NCBI GenBank assembly: GCA_965285935.1
Contig: OZ260661.1
Span: 34,472,001 to 34,536,000, forward strand
DNA length: 64,000 bases
Direction: 5' to 3'
From: Ophelia neglecta
Taxonomy: Eukaryota
Below, one piece after another: positions 50,801-64,000 of the stretch (within the stretch, counting starts at the first letter, position 1; the number at the start of each line of letters is the position of its first letter). A model generated the notes under the pieces. It was not told the origin of the DNA, did no database searches, and saw only the letters and a program-made list of their open reading frames with translations. Made by a program: the position numbers and the translations under genes.

Positions 50801-53800
50801 GCCTTCATTACGGCTGACACCCCTTGCGTAAATCTGCCAAACAACCTCCGCGTTTTGTTGGACAAAGCCTCGGGTTCATAGCCTTTAGCCGGGCCGTCTA
50901 GTAAATAATTAGAATAGGCTATATACTGTGGCTGCTCCAGCATGTCGACGTCCATTGTTCAAAATGAACTAAAGAATTGTTATATGGTCATCACATGTTT
51001 GCCACCTGCGAGCCGACGGCCAACTAAGGTTTTGTAATTTGATTGGTGCCCTATGTCCATAAATTTAAAACTGACAAGCAGATGACTTTTTTAGACGTCG
51101 CTTGAAGTTATGTCCTGAAGGCTGAAATAAAATGATGAAATATGGGACAGTGTCGATGCAAAAGCCCAGTGTGTGTGGTATTTTTGCAAGATAACAACTT
51201 CCGCAAACCGATGATGGAACACCTGCGAACTTAAACATACCGAGCGAATAATGTCAAGCTTACAAGCAGCAAGTGGGTTCGTTAGCAAAGAGGGCCACAG
51301 TAAACTATGGTATTGGTAGGATTGTCTCAGGATATGACTTAGTAACACAATACATTCAATATATGAGTGTAGGTTTATTATAAGAGTAAAATTTGTTTCA
51401 TGAATGTTTTTTTTCATTTTGCATATACTTTTTTTAAATTAAACATTGTATGTTAAGATTGTATAATGGTTCTCACAGGTCAAAACAGATTCTTATCATG
51501 CTTTGTCATGAAAATCTATATAAAAAAATATGGCAAATAAAATTAAGTCTCACCAACCTTTCTAGAGTGTAGAATTTTTGGTGGCAAGTAGTATGAAATA
51601 GGCAAACTTTAACTCTTGGCTTGTACGTACACATAAACATTCACTCCACCGAATTGTATTATATAAGAAACATGAAAATAAGATGAGTATTACTACTTTT
51701 AAATTGTTCCATATTAAAAAAAACAAGACGATTTTGAATTATGTGAATTCGTCTACGTTAAGCTATTATTCTGGTTACTGAAATTTCACTTTGAGTTACT
51801 TCTTATAAAAAATATTATTTCTCCAAACCTTTTAGTTGGTAATCTGAAATCGAATGGAATCAAAACATAATTTATTGGGCTTACTTCTTAATGTGATATT
51901 TCCTTTCATTAGTAAATCATAAACACTGATGGTTATACGTTTTTGACCCATTATCATTTAAAATGTTCGCATGCAGGGTATAAACATATACACTAAAATA
52001 TGTCATGTCTTAGTAAGGCCGAGTGGGGGGGGGGTGGGGGGGATGGGGGGGGAAGTCTACATACAGTTGAATTTCTTGTCACCGACTTTAATTTTGTTCT
52101 ACGTATTACCTTTTTCATTCCTCTTTATCATCTTCATGTTCATGATTTCGATAGTGTCTGTGTCATTAAACATATGTGTATCTTTTACTTTAGAAATTGT
52201 CTTGTGTTGTTTTAAATATTGAGTATAATCCTTTCTATTAATTTTGTTTAATGCACTACACTCCATCACTGCCCAAGCCCCATTCATTTAACATGTCAGC
52301 ACTCAGACCTGCCATTGGCAAGGCACAAAATATATGCTCGTCCTGCTTATGCGCTCCTTTTTATTTTTCAAACTAATGTCAAGCAAGTAAGTCCGGCGTG
52401 AGATTAAAGGATTACTATGACAACGGCTCTCGGATTAACACGACAATCATTATGTCTCGGGGAATGCCCTCAACATTGCGGATTCAGATTGGTGGTAAAT
52501 AGGTACTTGTCCCTGTGGTTTGTCTCAAAGTTGTCTCAAGGGAATATTTAATATACATTCTGGGAGAGGCAACCAATCTTTGGCTTGCTCAGCCAGACCT
52601 ACACAGCCAGTCCTATTTCCCTCCCCCCTTCCCGTAATTGATTCTTCCAACCTTTGGTCTCTGACCCTTAGTCCCTTGGTATATTCTTGGAACCGCCCAA
52701 ACATTGACAAGCAGGCAGACAACCTACCAAAAATATATGACTGTTATCATACGAGAAAGCAAGTCCGCTTGTGTGCAATGTTTTTGTTAAACATGAATCC
52801 TGTTCTCTGATCCCGCACAAGAGCTGCACGATTCGTTAAAGTCACACATGATATAACGCAGATGAAAAAAGGCAGGACTTTCATTTACATGTTTTGCTTC
52901 AGTTCTTCAATACATTTTAACCCGTTTTAGCCTTTCAAAATGTCAAAGGCATAAAATGTGTCTTCATCGTTTTTCACCATTTCCTCATGGCATCCTATTG
53001 TCAATGGAGAACGAAACACGCACATTTCTACCAAAGAAAAACCATGCAACATTGGTATTGACAAGACTGGAGACTTTCATTTAAGTGCATTACATCTACC
53101 CGCTGACGTAAGTCAGAGAAAGGTTCCCGACTTACGCACAGTACTTCTGACGTCAACTCTTTTAAAATAATTAAGAATTGCCGATAAGTGAAGCAAACAG
53201 GTACAAAATATCGAAGGGTCAAGTGTTGCAACACGCAGTCTGGCGCGCTCAAGTTTCCACTGTATTGTTTTAATAATGAGGATAATCTCGAAGGAATCAT
53301 TACTGGACAGGAAAGAAACGGCCACAGAGCAGATGCTGACAGCATGCAAACGACGACACCCAGAATACACGCGTGAAGACAGGTTTGGAAGCATCATGAG
53401 CAGCAAATGACAATATTGGAGAAAATGACCAAGGGCACACAGTGGTCGGAGTGAGAAGGGGAGCTTAGCAAAGGTGGGTGCTAAGGCCTGGTTGGGTCTC
53501 AGCTGGGAGGTGGGGGGGGGGGGGCTTTGCGGGGAGCTGGGACGGGGTTGAAGAAGCTGGGTAGTTAAAGAGGAGGTAGGGAGGGGGCAGGGGGGGGGGG
53601 GGGGGGCTGAGAGTAGAGAAATAGGATTGTAAGGAGTTGCTTCGATTTCCACTCCGACTGTATTCATAGAAATGACGGGAAGACATGCGTCAGCTTAATA
53701 ATTAAACATTGTACATGCTCGATTGATGTGAAATTGCTTTTTATACCCATGCAAACAGCCTCTTCCCTGTTATCCTTAATTATTCCCAGAAAACTAATCA

Positions 53801-54825
53801 TGAACTTGGTTCAAAAAATGAGGCATTTTATCATAACTCACCTGACTGCTAGTCCACGCGTTTTGATTTGTCTCGCTAGGCTTCAAGCTTCAGTTTCTGA
53901 ATGTCTTTGCCGCTATCATATATAAACTATCATATCATAGTTGGGAAAACGACAACAAGTTTGTTGAATGTCTTGGGCCCTTTATATTAGCAAATCTTCG
54001 CGCAGTGAGAATTTGCCAGGTGTCATATCGTGTCTACGATTCATCAGAAACTTACGTTTCTTTAGTGTCAAATTAAATAGCCATTAGAGCTCGTAGCATG
54101 TAAATACTTCATCTTTTAGATAAATTGTTTTCTTTAGCTTAAGGCTGCGCCTAGGAAAAACAAACTATATTCACATAAAGAAAGGCAAACGGGTCTATAT
54201 GAATTCAAACTAGATAATGAAAAGAAGGATTTTATTATTGAAATAAAAGATATAAAAGTAAATAGAGCATTAATCATGTCAATTAAATTTGTTTCCAATC
54301 AAATGTGTTATAAGTATATTTTTTCAATGCTGGCAGTGATACGTGAAATTCAATATTAGTGTTCTGAGTGTTATACCACAATACACCCTATTAAGCCATA
54401 TAGGTGTGCCTAATATTTGACACAATAGGGGGGCTTGTTACACGACAGTGTGTCTAGTCCCGTGGTTATGCAACTGTAATCTTCTAAATTCCTATCTGAA
54501 ATCATGTAAAATCGATCGAAATAGATTTTGGTGTCTTTTTTGGTGTCCAAATATCCAAACTATTTGAAAAAGAATTAGACACAACACCCAGGGGACTCGA
54601 CCAAATATGATTTATCGTTTCCACATAAATAGCGTAGTGTCTCGAGGCGTCACACATGTATTGATTGGCTTCAACACGCATTTTTTCTTTTGTTTCCAAA
54701 TGTATCTTGACAGAACCGGAATCAAGCGGTGAAGTTAAAAAAGTGTTCATAGCGGGCTCAAAACCTGATATTATATCTCGAAATAATTAAATTATATTAA
54801 TTTTATGTTAAAATCAATCAAGCTA
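47830..54825 (+). repeat. Tandem segmental duplication, copy B (~7 kb)
   Basis: Collinear with copy A but lacks the LINE (42634-43297) and the 39992-40640 segment. Confidence 0.95.
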
Positions 54826-57596
54826 ACTTCGAAACTCCGAGTTTGGCAGCTAGAAGTGCCAGGATAAAAGGTGCAATGGGTGTTTTTTTGGCGACACAGA
54901 GGGATAAAAATAATTGTCCCACGGCTCATTGTTAATCCCTCTGAGTAGCCGCGAGTATCGTCAGTTAACACTTACACAGACCTATCTAGCCGGTTTATTG
55001 TGTGCTGTAGGAGACTATCTAAGCTAACGAGTCTTTCATTGTGGCACTTAGACACGCAAACGATTGATTTCCTTCAAGACTATCCGCCAGGCATGAATGA
55101 AAACAAGATATTATTTAAAATAATAAATTGGTTCAACCATGCCTGTCAAGCCATCTGGTATATTGTTGTCATCGCCGTGGTTTTTGGAATGTGATAAAAG
55201 TGAAGAATGGATAACGTAGGATGGTTTATTAACATGCCTATAGGACCGATTTTTGTCGATTTGCGCCCCCCCTACTGTAGGCACCGAACCCATTAGGGCG
55301 GCTAGGAGGCCGTGACAGGACTTGGTAGCCTAGGTCGTGTGCGCTAAATACACAAAGAGCTTTGAAGTTCCTCGATCGGCAGGGAGGAAGATGGATTCAC
55401 CGTCTACTAGCCTGTCGTAAAAGCCTTTCTATTTTTGAGAGATATAAATGACGGGAGGAAGAGATTCAAACCAAGTCGTCAAGCTGGCAGACGGTTAATA
55501 ATTTAATGCTAATGACTTGCAATTATTGGCCGGAAGATCTAGAATTTGCGAATATACAAGGAATCTGTTACCGATTGAAATGGCAATTTGAAGCTCAGAA
55601 GCTCTGTAGAGAAACTTTTGTAGAAAGCAAAGGAGAGGGGGAAGGATCTGAGAGGGGGAGATAGGGGGGGGGGGGGATAACCACCGTTGTCCAATGTTAT
55701 ATTGTAATGTGATAGGCACCGTATCATATTATATAGTGTGCTCGTTTTGTTCAGGCCATGGGTAACTCTATTCAGGCCATGGGAAACTCAGAAACCCAGA
55801 ATAACGAAACCTCAATACTGGTTGGGACTAATGGCCTCATGGCTCTGATGTGAGCTCCATCTGGGCCTTTTTGTCAATAAAGAACGTGACAAGTGGGATC
55901 CGCTATTGGTTATCTGCACTAGTACTTCGTGCAAGGCATGTTTTTCTTTCTGTGAAAACTATACAGATCAAACAAAAAAAAATTCATCACTATACACATA
56001 TTTAGCAATTCTAAGCCAAGCCAAGACCTTCTACCATTGGCATTTTACTGTAATGTCTATTTCCTACTCTAGACAGATTTTCACTGAATATTTATATAGA
56101 ATAGGAATGGAAGCATATTTATAGGTCATCTCTTTGTAAATTCGATGTTCTAGTGAGAGTGTTTGGAGGTCGAAAAGTGTGCATAGCGGGCTCAAAACCT
56201 GATATTTTATCTCGAAATAATTATATTATATTCATTTTATGTTAAAATCGATCAAGCTAACTTCGAAACTCCGACTTTGGCAGCTAGATGTGCTAGGATA
56301 AATGGTGCAATAGGTGTTTTTATGGCGACCTAGAGGGTAATATAACTTTCCTACGGCTCGTTGTTAATCCCTCTGAGTAGCGGGGAGAATCCTCAGTTAA
56401 CCCTTACACAGAGTTATTTAGCCGGTTTATTGTGTGCTGTAGGAGACTATCTAAGCTAACGAGTCTTTCATTGCCGCACATAGACACGCAAACGATGGAT
56501 TTCCTTCGAGACTATCCGCCAGGGATGAATGAACACAATATATTATTCAAAATGATATTGGTTCAGCCGTGCCTGACAAATCTGATATATTGTTGTCATG
56601 GCCGTGGTTTCTCGAATGTGATAAAAGTGTAGAATGGATAACGTAAGCTAGTTTATTAACATGCGTATAGGAACGATTGTCGTCGATTTGCGCCCCCCCC
56701 CCCCCTACTGTAGGCACCGAACCCATTAGGACGGCTAGGAGGCCGTAACAGGACTTGGTAGCCTAGGTCGTCTGCGCTAAATACACGAGGAGCTTTGAAG
56801 TTCTTCGATCGGCAGGGAGGAAAATGCATTCACCGTCTACTAGCCTGTCGTAAAAGCCTTTCTATTTTTGAGAGATACAAATGACGGGAGGGTCAAAGAG
56901 AGTCAAACCAAGTCATCAAGCTGGCAGACGGTTAATAATTTAATGCTAATGACTTGCAATTATTGGCCGGAAGATCTAGAATTTGCGAATATACAAGGAA
57001 TCTGATACTGATTGAAATGGCAATTTGAAGCTCAGAAGCTCGGAAAGTAAAGGAGAGAGGGAAGGAGCGGAGAGGGGAAGTGTGGGGCCGGGGGGTATAA
57101 CCATCGTTGTCCAATGTTATATTGTATGTGTAGGAAATGGGTGATAGGAACCGTATCATATTATATAGTGTGCTCGTTTTGTTGTCTATTCAGGCCATGG
57201 GTAACTCAGAAACCCAGAATAACGAAACCTCAATACTGTTTGGGACTAATGGCCTCATGGCTCTGATGTGAGCTCCATCTGGGCCTTTTTGTCAATAAAG
57301 AACGTGACAAGTGGGATCCATTATTGGTTATCTACACTAGCACTTCGTGCAAGGCTTGCTTTTCTTTCTGTGAAAACTATACATATCAAACAAAAAAACA
57401 TATTTCATCACTAAACACATATTAAGCAATTCTAAGCCAAGCCAGAGCTAGCCAAGATGTTCTACCATTGGCATTTTACTGTAATGTCTATTGCCTTCTT
57501 TAGACACTGAATACTTATATAGAATAGGAATGGAAGCATATTTATAAGTCATCTCTTTGTAAATTCGATTTTCTAGTGAGTGATTTTGGAGGTTGA
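54741..57596 (+). repeat. Tandem duplication of a ~1.43-kb unit (54741-56173 and 56176-57596)
   Basis: Both units start aagtgt.catagcgggctcaaaacctgatatt and end ctagtgag....tttggaggt.ga; paired ORFs at 55000/56432. Confidence 0.93.
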
Positions 57597-60500
57597 CACC
57601 ATTACAAGAAGAATAGTGGAGTCTTAGAGTCGTGCTTGGCACTGCTAAAGAACAAGCGTGGAGCACAGTCATTATGGGATACAGTTTTATCCGATATTTA
57701 TCCAACCTGAAATCTGAGTAAACCGAATTAGCTCCAGCCCTGCATAGGAACGGTTGGCCGCCCTGGTATATTATACACCCTGTATCCAATTACATGTACA
57801 ACCTATTGGTCTGGTATGATGTCGTTATATATATAGACAATAGCTGCAACAACCATTCAATTTGCCTTACACTTGGCTCGGCATCTAGTTTCTATCGTTC
57901 TGCGGTGTAGTGTTATTGATGTTAATCGACTAGAGTGCCTGCGAGTGATGCTCTGGGCGGTGTAGACCTTCACTGTTGATCTTTGCTGATACACAGTGCC
58001 TGTCACACCACGCTGTTGCAGATTCTGCCTTAAGGCAATCCTGTATTAGCGTGATCGGCATGCACAGTGAGGAACTACATATCTAGAGCGGGCTCCGAAT
58101 GAATTTCTGTCTAACTAAGTCGATATATTTCCTTCTCGGGTTTTTCAAGGAACGAATTGAGCAATCACAACCATCACATCTTCTAGGGATTAACTGTATC
58201 GAAAAACTGTCGGATCTAGAAGCATTAGCTGAATATTGTGGGTGCAGAATTCGGATCGAAACCTTCATAAGGTAAGCTAAATATTTATACATTCGTGTTT
58301 CAATCTATTTTCTCCAACACTGTTACGTTAAAACAATGGACATAAAAACAGTCTCCCGGTTAAACTGGAAGTAGAGTCATATACCTTATTGACCATGCAA
58401 GTGTTGGCAAAACAGACTGTTCAGTCTTCCATGTCAAACATACAAAAATGGACACTGTTGTCTATCCAACATTGATCCAACATTGGATGCTATAGAATCG
58501 CAATGGACTTCAGGTAACACGGTTAGAAAGGTTAGCTGTCAGAATAATTAAAATCACAATGTGGAATGTTTAAATCCGAATCAAATATTAAGCTTGGAAA
58601 GCTATGTTGCCCTTGCACTAGTTCAAGGGGAAATGTCAACATTTGGAATGGAGGCTGTTTTGCTCTGGTCGGCTTCACCTTTCATGTTGGTACACATCTT
58701 GGGGGAAAGTCTCCCAAACTTAGTTTTTACTGATCTTAACCCCAACCAGGTAATCCACCGGTATTGAACTCTATAATAGCTAGTATTTATAAGTCCGTCG
58801 GTCATAAAAACTCACTGTACAAGTAGCTTATCTCGACTTCTGCTTTATTACGTCGCCTGATATCCAATTTAATAGAACATCATGGCCCAAGGGGGCTAGG
58901 TCTATCAGGTAACTGCATTTCGATATTTACCATTCCGGTAATCTTATGTGACGATATAGGTTTACCAGATTTACCGGTTATTGCTATTTTATGGGTTACC
59001 TTACTTTTGTCGGGCATGGTATTTTCTTTCAATACAGTCACACTTCAGGATTCTGGAATTACGTATCTCTTCAACATATAATATATTTATATTTATTTTT
59101 GGGGGCAAAATGCCTGGCTGACTGAATGTGGCAGGGCGTAGTCCTACGTAACGAAAATCCTGTGCACTAATCACATATCCAAGGTTAACAATATGAGACA
59201 AACAGAAAAAACTAAATCAATGCGCTAAGCTTTCCTCATAAAACGCCAACAAACTATTCCTTCTTCATTGATGCTGTTCTGACCCAAGGCCGCTGGGTTG
59301 CATTTTTCTAAATGTTCAAGGCTTATACAGTTCACCAACCATGTTAAACCTTGCAGCATGCTCAGTAGCTGCTCCGTTATATACCAGTTGCCCATTAAAA
59401 AGGTGATGATCGAGCCGTTATTGCATTTACACTAATAATGAATGGCGGTTTTCTATGGACACTGCTGCAGATTCTTTGACAATGCCGAGATCCCTCCTTT
59501 CGTGCTCAGCAGCTATGCTTTTATATCCCCATGGAAAAATGACAGATAAATGTGCTTTGTAGTTAGGAATTATTAAACCGATGATTTTACAGCGATTTAC
59601 CGGAAAAAAGACGTTGTCTGATTGTTATCATACTGTTAATCATAATATGAAAATTCACAATGTACGAATATCAAACAACGGAATTCTGTTTAATGCTTTC
59701 GCTACATACATCAAATCAACCGGCAATGGTTCGTCACACTAAGAGCCACTATCGTCGCAGGAAAAGAAAAGAAAAGAAGGTCGGACAACATATACAATAG
59801 AAAATTAAACTCACAGTGACATTGAAGAAGAGGGAAGCGTGATGAGGGGTCTTGTTTTTTGCTGTCGATGAGATAAGAGTCATAATTGACACGGCCTTTA
59901 ATTGGCAATAGGCTCAATACCTTTTTTCTATAAACAAAACAGGAAACAGGGCGCTGACGAAACTCGTTTGAATGCTTTTCAAGTCTCGCTGAATGCCATC
60001 AGCATATCTTGTTATTAATATCCAATGTCTTTGGTTCCATGGTAGGCCAACCTTCTAGTAGTTATGAGCACCGTTAATACAGCTTGCCCACTATTGATTC
60101 ATTACTATTTTGTTATTGCCGGTCTGCATATTTACCCCATGTTGTATTGGGCTTTTTCATAAATTATTTCCCGTGGAGTCAATATAACCGGATATACCGG
60201 GAAGCTAATCACACGCGTCAACACTCTTATTTCCTGGTGTTCGATCATAGTAGAGTTCTATACACAATGGTTGAGTGGTCTGTCAATCTAAGACCCTGGA
60301 ACGGATCGATATGCCCATACCTTGCCACATCCATTACTGGATACTTGACGTTTCATCCCGGCTTCAAAGTAACGTCAAACGTGAGTACAGAGGCTTCACA
60401 TCCATCTCCCTTTGGGCGATTTAAGGAAACATTACCAGCTGCTGAGTAGATCATAAAGACTCTCAGTCACGTGTCCATTGGTCCTCGTACGGCTCTTACC

Positions 60501-62130
60501 ATATACGGACCTCAGGTAGCAGGGGAGGTTAAACTGGGGATTGTGAGGGCATGCATCTTGCAAACGAAATGCGCCAAGATAGCCCTACACTGATGTATTG
60601 CGGCAAAATTTGATTTATAGCCTGCAGTAAATTATAAAACGAAAACGATTGCTTTACAACTTAGTTTAACGGCCAGGATATTGTTGGATATATGTGTGTG
60701 TGTCAAATCTAGATACAGACACTAGCGTGCTGTGAAGCCAACACCTGAACACGGTCGAAAGTCGAAAGTTTTCGTCATTGGGAAAACAAAAGTCACTCAA
60801 CTGCTGCGCGACTCTTACATTTATCAGTCATCATGTTAACATTTTAGAGGAAATGTACACAGAGTCTGATAAAATTAATACGCGGAGACACTTACAATTA
60901 TTGAGAATTGTTTATAACTTATTGTTCATAGCGAATTTGTCGGCATTAATACATTATTATTAGAATTTAGATGGCTCGTACTCAGTAGTCGATAGTTTTC
61001 AATTGTAAACTACGTGTATTTCTTGAATAAAAGACTAGTCAAGAAACGGAAATTGTGGCAACTTTTAATTTTCAATTTCATGCTTAGGGCACGCAAGTGA
61101 ATTGAGGGGGTACACGCGTACGTATTGAGATGCAAGAGGTCGTGCTTGTTGAAAGTATTGAGTTATCCTTGTTCCGTCTACGATAGAAAACTAAGCCATT
61201 TAGATCAGTGAGTTGGTTGCCTCAGCATCAACATCACAAAAGTACAATTGGCAGTAAAGATCAAAGTCATGTACCTCATTGTGATGAAAATGTACGTTTT
61301 TTACTTTTGTAAACCAGTGAAATATAAACGAAATAGCATATGGATACCTATCTATCGTTACTGCCTGGGTTAGCACTACGATTATTGTGAAGTAAATTAA
61401 GCCTGCTTGTTGGACTTTTCACTGGTAAATTACCCCAACTCTCATTTCTTTTATGGTAAGTTGTAAGCTGGGTGACAAATTAAACAAGTACATAGTACTT
61501 CACTAATGATTGGACAGGTAGATACAAAAAACACGGCAATAAGAGACTAGCGATTGTTTCAAAAAGTAGGCTCCGCCTTTAACCAGCTACCGTTTATGCA
61601 TGCATGTTTAAGAAATATTTACCATGCCGTACCTATATTGCAAGAAACCAAGAGAACAAAGCCTGTAGGCTAGATACCTGGGTTTCTACTGAGTAGCCTA
61701 CCTAGTCGGTTTAGACGTGCACTCGCTAAATGCTAAGCCAAATTTTATGAAACACTCCCTATTGCAGTTAAACAGTTTGGCCAGCGATATCTAATTTTTT
61801 GATGTCGGTAATGTCCGCCCAGAGCTTGCCTCGACGCATCAGCAGCACTTCACCAAAAAACGTTAAAAGATTATTGGTACCTTTTTGCAATTAAGGCATA
61901 TTATTATTCATATGCCCAAGGCTCATTGGCAATGAAAGACACAAATTGGTAGTGGGTAATTTAAACACAATTGATTACACTGGAATACCCGACCACCGCC
62001 TGTATCTCACCACACACTATTAGGATTATGACTTCATATTCCTCACATCATTTTTGAAGGGTTTGCCTCCTCTTAAGTAATAAACGTGCGCATCTTTAAC
62101 TAAGCACCGACTTTATGACAGTTGTTTACA

Positions 62131-62791
62131 GGTAGAACTGTCATATTTGACTACTTTATGGTGTCCATTATATGAAAACCCCTTAATGAATCATATCATT
62201 TCCTTCTCCGTTTACATGCCTCATAAATTATAAAGGGAAGTAGACGTCATAGTCATTCTAATATTTCTTGAATCTGGTTGAAATGAAGGGTTTCCGTTAT
62301 AAAAACTCTCAGTCCATCCTACTTTGAGTTTGAAGACGGATATGAATGAAGCAGGTGACTATCATGTTGCAACGCTAGAAATGACGGAAACTAAATCGAA
62401 CCTTATCTCGCTGCCAACTCAGAATACTTCAACCATAGAAATGTTTGCGAATCCTGCACATTCTGCATTAACATGTCTTTGAGATAAGCTCCTTTAATGG
62501 CCCTAGTGGATATTCAGCTGCCAGCAAACTTTAGTGTATTGATATGACTTTAAATCATTCGCAAGATATAAGCACTGCGGTCTTTCCTTAGCATACTATC
62601 AATTTCTAAAATAATTCAATCTTAAATATTATCATGCCTAGTGTGAATCACAGTCCATTAAGCATAGTGAAATGCACGTATAAGAAAGGCATAGTTACGT
62701 GTTACCTAAGAGAATGTACAGACAATTGTGGAAGGTTCTTTGCTGGCTCAATTCGGTATCAGTCGAGGAACAGCAGAACGGGTTAAATTTG
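62131..62791 (+). repeat. Displaced copy of 39992-40645
   Basis: ggtagaactgtc.tatttgactactttatggtgtcc ... cagcagaacgggttaaatttg shared end to end. Confidence 0.92.
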
Positions 62792-63419
62792 TCATTCAAG
62801 CAGCTGCAGACCAATGACTGACTTGACTTTAATTATGTTGGCAAATCCACAATGCGTGGAATTGTGTATCTTTGATGTTTTATCCACTATTTATCTTTAC
62901 AACCGGTTCGCTGTAAACAAGTAAACTCTCAACCAAAATAATAAAAGTTATAGAATAAATAATGGACTGTGAGAAATGGACTAACGGAATGTTATTATTT
63001 TTTACTATACTAAAAACATACAAAGACAACATATTTACTTATATCGTCTGTCCATGCATATCAGAAATATCTTCTGTCCCTGCATATCAATGTAATTTCT
63101 TATAAATAGCACTCTTATCATTCCTATGAGACATTATCTTACTAATGTCAACGACATTCCACCAATCAGAATAATCAATTTCTTCCTCTCTCTTCTTATA
63201 TCTTTCTGTATACAATTTCTATCCCATGAGATATAACATTTACTTGGTTCTTTAGGGAAAATGTTTCTTTAAGGTTCCCCCATTAGTGGTGCACTGGTAT
63301 GAATAATTGTATCTCCGGTTTTGATTTGCATGCACTAGAATGGATTAAAACAATGGACCACAAAACTATGGTAACATACAATATGTGAGCACTTCACACT
63401 TCTCTGGTTCATGTGGTAA

Positions 63420-63746
63420 TCAATGGCTTCCGCTATTAATTCCGATTCCGATCCAATGCTTCCCAAACGGAAGAAGCTGGGGAATCTGTAACAATGGTAA
63501 AGCGGAAAGACAAAATACCAATTTCAATCTGTCATTTATGTAGAGATATTGACACCAATGATAAGTTTGTGAGCTTTGCACGTTTCCCAGAAATAAATCT
63601 CTCAGATAAGCTCCATTTAATTTCTTGGGTATTTCCATTTGAAGCATTGGTAGGTTTAAGGACGTGAATTTAGCTTTAATCAATAGTTCCTGATTAGGCA
63701 ATAAGAACGCACATGTAGAAGTCTTATTTCTAGTGAAGCTTTCCAC
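63420..63746 (-). other. Possible degenerate exon with weak PLAT-domain resemblance
   Basis: Acceptor ataacag|GTG opens a 108-codon frame; SFTRNKTSTCAFLL and GAYLRDLFLGNVQSSQTYHWC loosely resemble PLAT/LH2 strands. Confidence 0.2.
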
Positions 63747-64000
63747 CTGTTATGTTAATGGTAAGAGGTTATTTTGCTATGCTTACCAATTGGTTAAAAC
63801 AACTTATATGGTTGAGTTTAGACAGGCACATGCCTTTAACTACCGGGTTTACTAAAATATGCATATTACCATAGATTTCAATTTCGTTTGATTTAATTGT
63901 TTTCTGGCGTATAGTTACACCAATTGCCATGTTATTGCGTCAGTATTCCAGTACTGGAATGGCACACCGATCCACCTGTCTACAAAAATACATAAAGGAT

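Overview
AT-rich, intron-containing animal genomic DNA, probably a marine invertebrate (inferred from the transposon types and TTAGGG-like tracts). There is no operon, rRNA, tRNA or CRISPR array. Two intact single-coding-exon type II membrane proteins resemble GT-A glycosyltransferases (5966-7054 minus; 23999-25180 plus), and the second has an inverted, 5'-deleted pseudogene copy (7952-8583). Reading splice sites by hand gave two small spliced genes that the ORF track only shows as fragments (324-1675 and 31742-33328). They share one architecture: an acceptor directly before ATG, a phase-1 signal-peptide exon, then a symmetric exon running 'A-W-L...T-V-Q-S'. They appear to encode a family of cysteine-free secreted peptides that I do not recognise; this is the best candidate for something undescribed. 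The rest is a decayed ISL2EU/Harbinger-type transposon (DDE transposase facing a SWIM-YqaJ nuclease), many MITEs (two insertions verified against empty paralogous sites), LINE and Gypsy remnants, inverted duplications in the left half, and large tandem segmental duplications in the right half (39-57.6 kb). All alignments were done by eye; no database searches were run.
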